NCBI GenBank assembly: GCA_002701645.1
Contig: NZWP01000012.1
Span: 45,580-109,579 of the forward strand
Direction: 5' to 3'
Source of the DNA: Fidelibacterota bacterium
GTDB lineage: Bacteria > Fidelibacterota > Marinisomatia > Marinisomatales > Marinisomataceae
Length of the DNA: 64,000 bases
A program made the translations under genes and the position numbers. Below are positions 40,196 through 50,200 of this stretch, piece by piece. The notes under the pieces are model-generated. The model did no database searches and had not been told where the DNA came from. It saw only the letters and a list, made by a program, of their open reading frames with translations. Numbering within the stretch: position 1 is the stretch's first letter; each line of letters opens with the position of its first letter.

Positions 40196-40590
40196 TGAAA
40201 AAAGAATTGTTTAATGGAGTTGGAAGAAGAAAAAATTCAACTGCAAGAGTTTATTTATCCGATGGATCTGGAACTTTCACTGTTAATAAAAAATCTGACA
40301 TTAATTCATATTTAAAAAGAGAATCTCTAGTTATTCATGCTATGAAACCTCTAGAAGTATTAAATCTTAAAGATAAATACGATCTGAAGATTAATGTTTC
40401 TGGTGGAGGTTTAACTGGTCAAGCCGGTGCAATCCAACTTGGAATAGCAAGAGCTCTTTTAAAAGTAGATGAAGAATTTAGATCTCAATTAAAATCACAT
40501 GGTTTATTAACAAGAGACGCTAGAGAAGTGGAAAGAAAAAAATACGGCCAACCTGGAGCAAGAAAGAAATTCCAATTCTCTAAGAGATAA
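40195..40590 (+). CDS. rpsI: 30S ribosomal protein S9
   Basis: Carries GVGRRKNSTARV, GGG.TGQAGA and a C-terminal KKFQFSKR. The ATG overlaps the rplM stop (TAATG). Confidence 0.95.
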   Translation: MKKELFNGVGRRKNSTARVYLSDGSGTFTVNKKSDINSYLKRESLVIHAMKPLEVLNLKDKYDLKINVSGGGLTGQAGAIQLGIARALLKVDEEFRSQLKSHGLLTRDAREVERKKYGQPGARKKFQFSKR

Positions 40591-40595
40591 AATAT

Positions 40596-41327
40596 ATGCA
40601 CAAAATTACAAAAGAAGATTTATTAAGCTCTGGTGCTCATTTTGGGCACGTTTCAAGCAAAACTGATCCAAATTTTAAAGACTATGTCATCTCTCAAAAA
40701 AATGGCATTGATATTATTAATTTAGATCACACTCTTGAAGGCCTTGACAAAGCTTTAAAATTTATTACAAGTACTGTAGAAAAAAATGGAGAGATACTCT
40801 TTGTTGGTACTAAAAAACATGCTAAGGACGTTATACAGCAAGAAGCTGATAGATGCGGTATGTTCTATGTAGTGGAAAGATGGCTTGGGGGAACATTAAC
40901 TAATTTCTCTACAGTCAAAAAGAGTATTAAGAGATTGCACTCTTTAGAGAAAGAAGGATCAACAATATTTGAAGATTTAACAAAGAAGGAAATTTTAAAG
41001 TTAAATCGTGAAAAGATTAAGCTTTCAGATCAGCATAGAGGCATTAAAGATATGAAAAGATTACCAAGTATGATTGTAATCGTAGATGGTAAAACAGAAT
41101 CTATTGCCATAAAAGAAGCACAAAAACTTGAAATTCCAATAGTATGTATTGTTGATTCTAATACAAATCCAGCGCTATGTAACTATCCAATTCCTGCTAA
41201 TGACGACTCTATCAGAACTATACAGTTATTGGTAACAGAAATAGCAAATGCTATCATAGATGTTGCGCAGAAAAATGCTAAAGCTGAAGAAACAAAAGAG
41301 CAAGTCGAAGAAAAAAAGGAAGCATAA
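40596..41327 (+). CDS. rpsB: 30S ribosomal protein S2
   Basis: Carries GAHFGH, RWLGGTLTNF and the D.N block. Confidence 0.95.
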   Translation: MHKITKEDLLSSGAHFGHVSSKTDPNFKDYVISQKNGIDIINLDHTLEGLDKALKFITSTVEKNGEILFVGTKKHAKDVIQQEADRCGMFYVVERWLGGTLTNFSTVKKSIKRLHSLEKEGSTIFEDLTKKEILKLNREKIKLSDQHRGIKDMKRLPSMIVIVDGKTESIAIKEAQKLEIPIVCIVDSNTNPALCNYPIPANDDSIRTIQLLVTEIANAIIDVAQKNAKAEETKEQVEEKKEA

Positions 41328-41331
41328 TTTT

Positions 41332-41937
41332 ATGAGTATTGATGCAAATCTAGTTAAGACTTTAAGAGAAAGAACCGGAGCTGGAATGATGGATTGCAAA
41401 AAAGCTCTAGTCGATTCTAAAGGAGATTTAGATTTAGCAGTAGATTTCTTAAGAAAATCTGGAATTGCAAAAGCAGAAAAAAAATCTTCAAGAGATGCAA
41501 ACGAAGGTTTAGTTGTTTCTTATATTCATCACGGTAGCAAGTTAGGTGTTTTATTAGAAATAGGATGTGAAACAGATTTTGTTGCAAAAACTGATGGCTT
41601 TTTAGAGTTAGCAAACAATGTTGCGATGCAGATTGCAGCTTCAAATCCAATGGCTATTGATGAAAGTAGCTTATCTGAAGAGCTTATTGCTAAAGAAAAA
41701 GAAATTTATACAGATCAAGCAAAGTCTAGTGGGAAGCCAGACAATGTTGTGGAAAAAATTGTTGAAGGTAAATTGAAAAAATTCAAAGAAGATAATTGTC
41801 TTGTTCATCAATCATTTGTAAAAAATCCAGATGTTACAATTGGACAATTAATTCAAGAGGGAGTCTCCAAACTTGGAGAAAATATCACTATTAATCGCTT
41901 TGTTCGCTTTGCTTTAGGTGAACAGTCTAATAATTAA
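41332..41937 (+). CDS. tsf: Elongation factor Ts (short form)
   Basis: From the ATG at 41332 it reads MSIDANLVKTLRERTGAGMMDCKKAL, the canonical UBA-like N-terminus. The ORF-track start at 41260 lies inside rpsB. Confidence 0.9.
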   Translation: MSIDANLVKTLRERTGAGMMDCKKALVDSKGDLDLAVDFLRKSGIAKAEKKSSRDANEGLVVSYIHHGSKLGVLLEIGCETDFVAKTDGFLELANNVAMQIAASNPMAIDESSLSEELIAKEKEIYTDQAKSSGKPDNVVEKIVEGKLKKFKEDNCLVHQSFVKNPDVTIGQLIQEGVSKLGENITINRFVRFALGEQSNN

Positions 41938-42650
41938 TGTCACAAAAAAATAAAAAAAGAATTCTTCTTAAGCTTAGTGGGGAGATTCTTTCTGGAAATC
42001 ATGTTTATGGTATTGATCCTAAAATTGCACAACAACTTGCAAAAGAAGTAGCTGCTTTAAAAAAATTAGATATTGATATAGGAATTGTCTTAGGTGCAGG
42101 AAATATTTTTAGAGGAAGAGATGCTTCTGAAAAGGGTATGGATAGAGTGACAGCAGACTATATAGGTATGGTAGGGACAGTTATTAATTCTGTTACTCTT
42201 CAAGACTCTCTTGAACAGTTAGGCTTAGAAACTAGAACTCTATCAGGGATTGATATCCCTAAAATTGCAGAGCCATATATAAGAAGAAGAGCTATTAGAC
42301 ATCTAGAAAAGGGTAGAATAGTTATTATTGCAGGTGGCACTGGTAATCCATTTTTTAGTACAGATAGTGCAGCTGCATTACGGTCCGTAGAACTTGATTG
42401 TTCACTATTAGTTAAAGCTACAAAAGTAGATGGAGTATATGACTCAGATCCTATTAAAAATCCTGAAGCTAAAAAATATACTCATATTTCTTTCTCAGAA
42501 GTTTTAGAAAAAGAATTAGCAATTATGGATTTAACTGCGATAACTTTATGTAAGGAAAATAATATGCCTATTCTTGTTTTAGACATTACAAAAGAAGGTA
42601 ATTTATATAATGCACTTTCTAACAATGATATAGGGACAACAATTAGCTAA
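41937..42650 (+). CDS. pyrH: UMP kinase
   Basis: Carries LLKLSGE, GAGNIFRG and GGTGNPFFSTDSAAALR. Confidence 0.95.
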   Translation: MSQKNKKRILLKLSGEILSGNHVYGIDPKIAQQLAKEVAALKKLDIDIGIVLGAGNIFRGRDASEKGMDRVTADYIGMVGTVINSVTLQDSLEQLGLETRTLSGIDIPKIAEPYIRRRAIRHLEKGRIVIIAGGTGNPFFSTDSAAALRSVELDCSLLVKATKVDGVYDSDPIKNPEAKKYTHISFSEVLEKELAIMDLTAITLCKENNMPILVLDITKEGNLYNALSNNDIGTTIS

Positions 42651-42652
42651 CT

Positions 42653-43210
42653 ATGTTAAATCAAAATATGCAACTTGCAAAGACTAAGATGGAGCAAACA
42701 ATTGTATTTGTTGCATCAGAATTAGGTAAGATCAGAACGGGAAGAGCTAATCCTGATATGTTTAATAAGATTTTGGTAAAGTACTATGACACTGATACAC
42801 CATTAAATCAGATTGCAAATATATCTATAATGGATGCAATTACTATCAGTATACAACCATTTGACAAAACAGCTATTGATGATATCGAAAGAGGAATCTT
42901 AGAATCAGATTTAGGTCTTAACCCTTCAAATAATGGTAATAGTATTATGATTACTTTTCCTCCTTTGTCAGAAGAAAGAAGACAAGACTTGGTAAAGGTT
43001 GCTTCAAAAATTATTGAAGATGGAAGAGTTTCAGTGAGAAATATTCGTAGAGAGATTATTCAATCTGTTAAAAAAATAGAAGAAGATGAAAAAATTCCTG
43101 AAGATGATATGAAAAGATTTTTTGATCAAATGCAAGATGTTACAGATTCTTTTATTAAAAGGCTTAATGCGAATCAAGAAGCTAAAGAAAAAGAAATTTT
43201 AGATAATTAA
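42653..43210 (+). CDS. frr: Ribosome recycling factor
   Basis: Carries IRTGRANP and RRD..K......E, in 185 aa. This completes the conserved rpsB-tsf-pyrH-frr order. Confidence 0.95.
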   Translation: MLNQNMQLAKTKMEQTIVFVASELGKIRTGRANPDMFNKILVKYYDTDTPLNQIANISIMDAITISIQPFDKTAIDDIERGILESDLGLNPSNNGNSIMITFPPLSEERRQDLVKVASKIIEDGRVSVRNIRREIIQSVKKIEEDEKIPEDDMKRFFDQMQDVTDSFIKRLNANQEAKEKEILDN

Positions 43211-43213
43211 AAT

Positions 43214-43771
43214 CTATTTACTCCAAAGCGTTTGTTCAAAATCTTCTTCTGTTAATTGATATCCCCAGTGCTGTAATCCTTGTCTTATGACAGGACTAAT
43301 TGATTCATTGTCATATGTAGTGCTATTCTTAAGAATCATGCTAATTAACCTTGATTTCCATCTACCATTTGGTCCAGTGAAATTTTTCCATCTCTGAACT
43401 TGCCTCTCGTCATCATTACTTCTTCTGCCATTGTAAAAATGACAATACCATTGAACCCAACCATAAGGGTCGATAGGATTAATCCAGTTTTTTGATTCCC
43501 AATATTCTAAAGTAGTGCCACTGCGTACTTTGTATCTATTTAACGTAAGATTTTCTTTGTCTAATGTTAGATATTTTAATTCTATATCATTCGACCATTT
43601 ATGTAATACATCTAGATGCAGATTATTATATGACTGTTGATTTGTTACAGAGTATATAGGTCTCCAATATGTACCGCCAAAGCTACCTAATTTAAAAATT
43701 TGATAAGGGGTTAAGTTGGGCTTGAATTTAGGAAAATCGTTAAATGTAAGATTCTCTGGATTTATTCGCAC
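43214..43771 (-). CDS. Conserved-looking hypothetical protein, Trp/Tyr-rich, co-transcribed with nrdJ
   Basis: 185 aa with the blocks GGTYWRPI, DPYGWVQWYCHFYNGRRSNDDERQVQRW and GPNGRWKSRL. The start codon is GTG and overlaps the nrdJ stop region by 10 nt. I cannot assign a family. Confidence 0.55.
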   Translation of the reverse strand: MRINPENLTFNDFPKFKPNLTPYQIFKLGSFGGTYWRPIYSVTNQQSYNNLHLDVLHKWSNDIELKYLTLDKENLTLNRYKVRSGTTLEYWESKNWINPIDPYGWVQWYCHFYNGRRSNDDERQVQRWKNFTGPNGRWKSRLISMILKNSTTYDNESISPVIRQGLQHWGYQLTEEDFEQTLWSK

Positions 43772-46146
43772 TTAGACCAACCACAATCTTTGCATATGTA
43801 ACAACCACCTTCATTGACTACTTCATGTCCATCACAGTCAATACAGTGTATTCCATTAGCTTTTTTTGATTGAGTAGGTTCCTCTGCTATTTCAAATTGA
43901 ACTTTATTTTTTAAGTTCGGATTTTCTTCACCATCAAGAAAAGTTTCTAAAGCTCTTCCAATAGCATCTGGAGTTGATAGAATTAATTGTCCATCTTCCC
44001 ATGTTGGATTAGGTCCACTAATCCCTTTTAATTGATTGATTATGCTATTTGGATCTACACCAGATCTTAATGCTAAAGATATTAATCGACTGATTGCTTC
44101 TGTTTGAGCAGCAACAGTTCCACCTGCTTTTCCAATAGCTGTAAATACTTCACATAATCCATTTTCATCTTCATTAACAGTAATATAAAGTGTTCCATCT
44201 CCGGTTCGCATTCTTCTTGTTTTTCCGGTAGTAATTTGAGGTCTATTTCTAGCTGTTTTCTTAGTATTATCTGGTGCTTCTTGAACGTTTTTTTCTTCAG
44301 CTTTCTCATCAGTAATAAGAATGCCTTCTCTAGATCCTTCTCTATAAACTGTAATACCTTTTAGATTTCCTTTATAGGCTGTCATATAGATGTCAGCTAT
44401 AGTTTCTACCGTAGTATCTTCTGCTAGATTAACAGTAGAAGAGATTGAGCTATCAATATATTTTTGAACTTCACCCTGTATTTTTACTCTGAAATATGGA
44501 TCTACATCATGTGCAGTAACCACATAATCAGGTAGATTTTTATCATCACCAAACATTTCTTTCAATACAGGATGATATACGGTAAATGTATCAAATTCTT
44601 TTCCAAGACTACCATTCTTCTTCACTTTTCTTTTGTAAGAAGTAGCAAAGATTGGTTCTACTCCAGATGTTACTCTTGCAATAATAGCACCACTTCCTGT
44701 TGGAGCTACTGTAGTTAGTGTAGAATTTCTAATACCATGATTTTTAATTTTTTCTTGTAATTCCTGTGGAAGGTCTTGTACAAAAAGACTCTCAGAATAT
44801 CCGTCCCAATCAAAGTTGGGAAATTCACCTTTTTCTTTTGCTAGTTCAACGCTAGTTTCATATGAGGTATCTCTATGAATTTTCATAATTTGGCCAATAG
44901 TCTCCAATGCTTCATCTGAATCATATTTAATACCCATTCTTACTAACATATCACCTAAGCCAAGAATTCCTAAACCAACTCTTCTGTCATTGATGGCATT
45001 TTGTTTTTGATCTTCAAGTGCATGACGATTAATATTGTAATCTATTACATTATCTAAGAATCTTGCTCCAACAGCAGTTGTTTCACGAAATCCTTCAAAA
45101 TCAAAATTACCGCTATCATCAACAAAACGTTCTAGGTTTAAAGCCCCAAGATTACAACATCCACCATCAGGAAGAGGTTGTTCTGCACAAGGATTAGTTG
45201 AGATTAGAGGACTACAATACTCTGCATTATGATATTTTTTCATTGTATCCCAGAAGAGTAGCCCTGGTTCTGCGCTAGCGTGAGCATGTGTGATAATCTT
45301 CATCCAAAGCTCTTTAGCGTTTACCGTTTCATAAACTTTGCCACCCCATTGCAGATTAAAATCAGAATCAGTTTGAACTGCTTCCATAAAATCATCTGTT
45401 AAAAATACAGATATATTGGAATATTTAACCATATCGATATCACCAGTTTTGATTTCAATAAACTTCTGAATATCAGGATGGTCAACTCGTAACGTTTGCA
45501 TATTCGCACCACGTCTACCGTGCTGTGCTATAGTATTTGTATTTTCACTAAATAGGTTCATAAAACCAACAGGACCACAAGAGTCACCACCCGTACCTAG
45601 GATAGCATCTCCTGAAGGTCTTAAGATAGACAAGTCATGTCCACATCCACCGCCATATTTATATGTCATAGCTTCTTGTACAACACAATCATATATAGAT
45701 TTAATAGAATCTGTCTTAATCCCTACAACATAGCAATTGTTTAATGTTGTGGTAATATCTTCTCTACCTGCACCATGCATAATTCTTCCACCTGGTACAA
45801 ATTTGAAATTTTTTAATGATTCAAAGAAAGCAACTTCCCATTTTTCTTGAAGTTCTTTTGTTTTTTCCACTCCAGCTAATGCTTTAGCTTGACGTTTCCA
45901 TAAATCCCATGGATTTTTTTCCCATGGTGCTAAATATTTCATTTCTAGTACACTTTTGCCTAGATCATCATTTTTATAATATTCATCGATTTCAAATTCT
46001 TTTGGACATACATCTACATCTGTTCGATTTGATTCATCCATTGATTCCTTGATATTGAATCCCAAGATTTTATTTTTAAGGTCCGAATCGATATTCGGAT
46101 TTGCTTCATTTTCCGTAGGAAAATTTATTTTAATTTCTTCTGCCAT
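43762..46146 (-). CDS. nrdJ: Adenosylcobalamin-dependent (class II) ribonucleotide reductase with a C-terminal Cys4 zinc-finger tail
   Basis: Active-site blocks NPCAEQPLPDGGCCNLGALNL and TVAPTGS. The C-terminal tail is CIDCDG...CYICKDCGWSKC. Confidence 0.9.
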   Translation of the reverse strand: MAEEIKINFPTENEANPNIDSDLKNKILGFNIKESMDESNRTDVDVCPKEFEIDEYYKNDDLGKSVLEMKYLAPWEKNPWDLWKRQAKALAGVEKTKELQEKWEVAFFESLKNFKFVPGGRIMHGAGREDITTTLNNCYVVGIKTDSIKSIYDCVVQEAMTYKYGGGCGHDLSILRPSGDAILGTGGDSCGPVGFMNLFSENTNTIAQHGRRGANMQTLRVDHPDIQKFIEIKTGDIDMVKYSNISVFLTDDFMEAVQTDSDFNLQWGGKVYETVNAKELWMKIITHAHASAEPGLLFWDTMKKYHNAEYCSPLISTNPCAEQPLPDGGCCNLGALNLERFVDDSGNFDFEGFRETTAVGARFLDNVIDYNINRHALEDQKQNAINDRRVGLGILGLGDMLVRMGIKYDSDEALETIGQIMKIHRDTSYETSVELAKEKGEFPNFDWDGYSESLFVQDLPQELQEKIKNHGIRNSTLTTVAPTGSGAIIARVTSGVEPIFATSYKRKVKKNGSLGKEFDTFTVYHPVLKEMFGDDKNLPDYVVTAHDVDPYFRVKIQGEVQKYIDSSISSTVNLAEDTTVETIADIYMTAYKGNLKGITVYREGSREGILITDEKAEEKNVQEAPDNTKKTARNRPQITTGKTRRMRTGDGTLYITVNEDENGLCEVFTAIGKAGGTVAAQTEAISRLISLALRSGVDPNSIINQLKGISGPNPTWEDGQLILSTPDAIGRALETFLDGEENPNLKNKVQFEIAEEPTQSKKANGIHCIDCDGHEVVNEGGCYICKDCGWSKCE

Positions 46147-46355
46147 AATTCTAAATAATACTCTTACCCTTGTTAATTAATTAATTCAATACACAGTTAT
46201 ACGTAATAATTGTATATTTTCTCTCTAATAAAGAGACTGTTTGCAAATACTTTAAGCTTTCGAAAAGCTGATTGGCTGGCACCGGTAAATTATTTAATTT
46301 TTTTCATTTTAGTCAAGCTTTAAAAACTTTTTTTTATTATTTTTTTTATAATCAT

Positions 46356-47255
46356 ATGAATAAGCAATCTTATAACCAAATTCCTGAATGGCTTTTACAA
46401 CAATTGCCTTATAATCATTATGATATTAGTGTAGGTACAAAAAAGATGCATGTTATGGAGAAGGGAAGCGGTAAACCTATTGTTCTTGTTCATGGTAATC
46501 CTATGTGGGGATATTTATATAAAAAAGTATTAGATCAGCTTGATAATGTTTCTGCTAGATTGATTGTACCAGACTTAATTGGATTTGGATTTTCTGATAA
46601 AATTAAAATTAATGAACATTCTTTGGAAGCTCATACAGAATGGATGACTAGTTTTTTTAAAACAATTGAAGAAGACTCTGTTGGATTGGTAATTCATGAT
46701 TGGGGCGGTATGATTGGTGTTGCTGGGGCGATGAGAGCAGGTAAAAAAATTGATGGATTAGTAATAATGAATACATCAGTAACGGCGCCAAAAGACGGAT
46801 TTACTCCGACTTGGTTTCATGGACTGTCTCAGGCTCCTATTATAAGCGATTTATTGTTTAGAGTTTTTAATTTTCCACTATCTGCTTTAAAGCAATTCCA
46901 AGGTATTCCTAATTCTTATTCAAAAGAAGATTTAAAGAGCTATAAGTATCCATTAAGAAAATTCAGAGATAATACAGCACCACTTGCTTTAGCTCGTATG
47001 GTTCCTAATAATATGCTCCATCCCAGTGTTCCTATAGAAAAAGAAGTGGAAGAGTTTTTACAGTCATACAAAGGACCAGCTGAGATTGTTTGGGGAATGA
47101 ATGACCCAGTGATGTGGAAGTTGAGAAGAAGGACAGAAAGATTATTACCTCAAGCTAAAACGGTGAAAACTGATGCTGGTCATTTTGTTCAACAAGAATC
47201 ACCCGAAAAAGTTGTAGAATCCATGAAAAAAATCTTTAAATTGACTAGCAAGTAA
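46356..47255 (+). CDS. Alpha/beta hydrolase, haloalkane-dehalogenase-like
   Basis: HGNPMWGYLY (compare HGNPTSSYLW), nucleophile context IHDWGG and C-terminal AGHFVQQE. The ATG at 46356 is preferred over the ORF-track TTG at 46272. Confidence 0.7.
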   Translation: MNKQSYNQIPEWLLQQLPYNHYDISVGTKKMHVMEKGSGKPIVLVHGNPMWGYLYKKVLDQLDNVSARLIVPDLIGFGFSDKIKINEHSLEAHTEWMTSFFKTIEEDSVGLVIHDWGGMIGVAGAMRAGKKIDGLVIMNTSVTAPKDGFTPTWFHGLSQAPIISDLLFRVFNFPLSALKQFQGIPNSYSKEDLKSYKYPLRKFRDNTAPLALARMVPNNMLHPSVPIEKEVEEFLQSYKGPAEIVWGMNDPVMWKLRRRTERLLPQAKTVKTDAGHFVQQESPEKVVESMKKIFKLTSK

Positions 47256-47279
47256 CTAGGCAATTATTACACAACTTAT

Positions 47280-50200
47280 ATGACAGGACAAATGCTAAAG
47301 ACTAATTTTAGTCTCAATGACAAATATACTCTATTTGAAGGTAGAGTGATTTTATCGGGTATACAAGCACTCGTCAGATTGCTTCTTGACCAACACAGAG
47401 CAGACCTTATTAAAGGTATTAACACTGGAACATTAGTATCTGGGTATCGTGGCTCTCCAGTTGGAACCTTAGATATCAATCTTGTAAAAAATAAAAAACT
47501 TTTGGATGAACATAATGTCAAATTTATTCCTGGTGTTAATGAAGATTTAGGAGCCACTTTAATTTATGGAAGTCAAATGGCTGGGATGGTATCCAATGTA
47601 AAATATGATGGTGTTTTAGGTATGTGGTATGGAAAAGCACCTGGCGTTGACAGATCTGGAGATATATTTAGACATGCTAACTTCTTGGGAGTAGGTAAAA
47701 ATGGTGGAGTGCTTGCAGTAGCAGGGGATGATCCATCTTGTAAATCGTCTACACTACCTTCACAATCTGAGCCGGCATTATTTGATGCGATGATGCCTAT
47801 ATTTTATCCAGGTAATGTACAAGAAATTCTTGATTTAGGTCGTTATGCCTATGAAATGTCAAGATACTCTGGCCTATGGTCGGGATTTAAAATCGTAACA
47901 GATATTGCTGATGGATTTGGTAGTGCTTTTGTAGATCCACAACGAGTCAATATTACTATACCTGATTTTACTTATAATGGCAAACCATGGAAGCATACAC
48001 AAAATGCTAAATTAGTAGGACATCATAGTTTACCGACAGAAAAAGAAATTCATTTAGGTCGTATTAAAGCTGCTAAACATTTTTTAGCTAGTAATCCTAT
48101 TAATAAGATAACCGTTCAGGGCAATCAAGATAAATTTGGAATTATAACAGCTGGAAAGACTTATTATGATATTATTGAAGCATTTGAATCTCTAGGATGG
48201 ACTACTGACTATTTAAATAAAGCGGGCATTCGAATTTTGAAACTTGGAGCAACTTTCCCGGTTGATTCTGCAATGATTAATCAATTTTCTAATGGATTAG
48301 ATGAGATTTTTGTTATAGAAGAAAAGAGATCATTTATTGAAATGTTAGTAAAAGAAGAAATGTATAATCATTCTAACAAGCCTATTATTGTTGGAAAGTA
48401 TGATGAAAATAATAAGAATCTTATTCCTGGTTATGGAGAATTAACAGCAGATCATTTAGCAAAAATACTTTTTAATAGATATTCTAAAAAAATGAATATT
48501 GAATCTACAAATACTAAAATTAATATTTTAAGTGATATCGATAATAGAGTCTATGCACAATCATTATCAACTCGTTCTATGTATTACTGTTCAGGGTGTC
48601 CTCATAATACATCTACCGTAAAATTACCAGAAGGTGATGATTTCGCTTTTGGCGGTATTGGATGCCATTTGATGGCAATGTTTGTTGATGATGGTAAGGC
48701 ATTTGGAACAACTCAGATGGGTGGAGAAGGAGCTCAGTGGGCAGGGATGGAACCATTTATTGAAAAAGAACATATGTTTCAAAATGTAGGAGATGGAACA
48801 TTCTTTCATTCCGGTTCTTTAGCATTAAGACAAGCAGTAGCAGCTAATTCGCACATTACTTATAAAATCTTATATAATCGCGCAGTAGCAATGACGGGAG
48901 CGCAAGCCCCTGATGGTGCCTTAGATTTGCCAGAATTAACAAAGTATTTAAAATCTGAAGGAGTTGAGAAAATTATCGTAACTACAGATGATACTTCTGC
49001 TTACAATTCTATTGAAAAATCTCGATGGGAGAAAGATGTCGAGATTCTGCATAGAGATAATATTATTGATGCACAAAAAAAATTAAAAGCCATAAAAGGA
49101 GTTACGGTATTAATCCATGATCAATCATGTGCAGCCAACTTACGTAGATTACGTAAAAGAGGGCTTGCTCATGAGCCAAAAGAAAGAATATTTATCAATG
49201 AAGCTCTTTGTGAAGGGTGTGGAGATTGTGGTGTTAAATCAAATTGTTTGAGTGTGCAGCCTATTAAAACAGAATATGGTAGAAAAACACAGATTGATCA
49301 ACCTTCGTGTAATAAAGATTATTCATGTGTAGATGGAAATTGCCCTTCATTTCTTAAAGTTATTCCTTCAGAGAAACAAGATAAAAGAGTATTACCTGAA
49401 ATAAACTTACAATCCAGTAAAATTTCTGAACCAAAAAAAGCAAATACAAAAATTGGAAACATATTCATGCTCGGAATTGGAGGAACAGGTGTTGTAACGG
49501 TAAATCAGATTATTTCGACTGCAGCATTCTTAGAAAACAAAAAAGTAATAGCACTAGATCAGACAGGATTAAGTCAAAAGGGAGGATCTGTAGTCTCTCA
49601 TTTAAAGATTTTAGAGCAAGAGAATGAAGATTGTTCTAGTAGAGTTGCTAATGGAGAATCAGATGCATATTTAGTATTTGATTTGCTGACAGGCTCTAAT
49701 CCTAAGAATATGGAAAAATTAAATGTAAAACGTTCTATATCTGTTATTTCTACATCCGAAATTCCAACTGGAGATATGGTTAGATCTACAAAGTCAGAAT
49801 ATCCGGACGCAGAGCATATGATTGGGCTGATTAAAGAGTTTTCAAAAAAACATGTTTTGTTAAATGCTACTGAGCTGTCTGAGCATTTTTTTGGTAGTAA
49901 TATGCAAGCTAATTTTATCGTAATTGGTGCTGCTTATCAATCTGGAGCTATTCCAATTGATGCAACCTCTATTGAAGAAGCAATTAATATTAATGGGGTT
50001 GCTATTAAAAATAATACGGATGCTTTTAATATTGGAAGAACGCTCATTTCAGATCCATTGTGGATAGAATCAATGAGCTTATACAGAACAGGAGATTTGA
50101 ATCCAACACCTGCTGTTGGCAAGGAAGCAAAAAAAATAATTGATTCAATAAAACCTGATAAAGATTTACGTAATGTTCTAGAGTATCGTATTCCAGAGTT

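Noticed and set aside
46277-46293. TGGCAC in the nrdJ/hydrolase intergenic region, considered as a second sigma-54 promoter
   Set aside because: The sequence after the N5 spacer is AATT, so there is no TTGC -12 element.
1223-46355. Extended N-termini proposed by the ORF track (1223, 11013, 20634, 39707, 40180, 41260, 46272)
   Set aside because: In each case a downstream ATG gives the canonical family N-terminus and a typical stop/start junction. For prfB, an upstream frame plus the frameshift does so. The longer versions overlap the preceding gene or use TTG.
46147-46355. Cobalamin riboswitch or NrdR operator upstream of nrdJ
   Set aside because: The region is very AT-rich with only 5-6 bp hairpins. 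It has no B12-box-like core and no acceptable match to the ACACwAtATaTwGTGT palindrome. This needs a covariance-model scan to be definitive.
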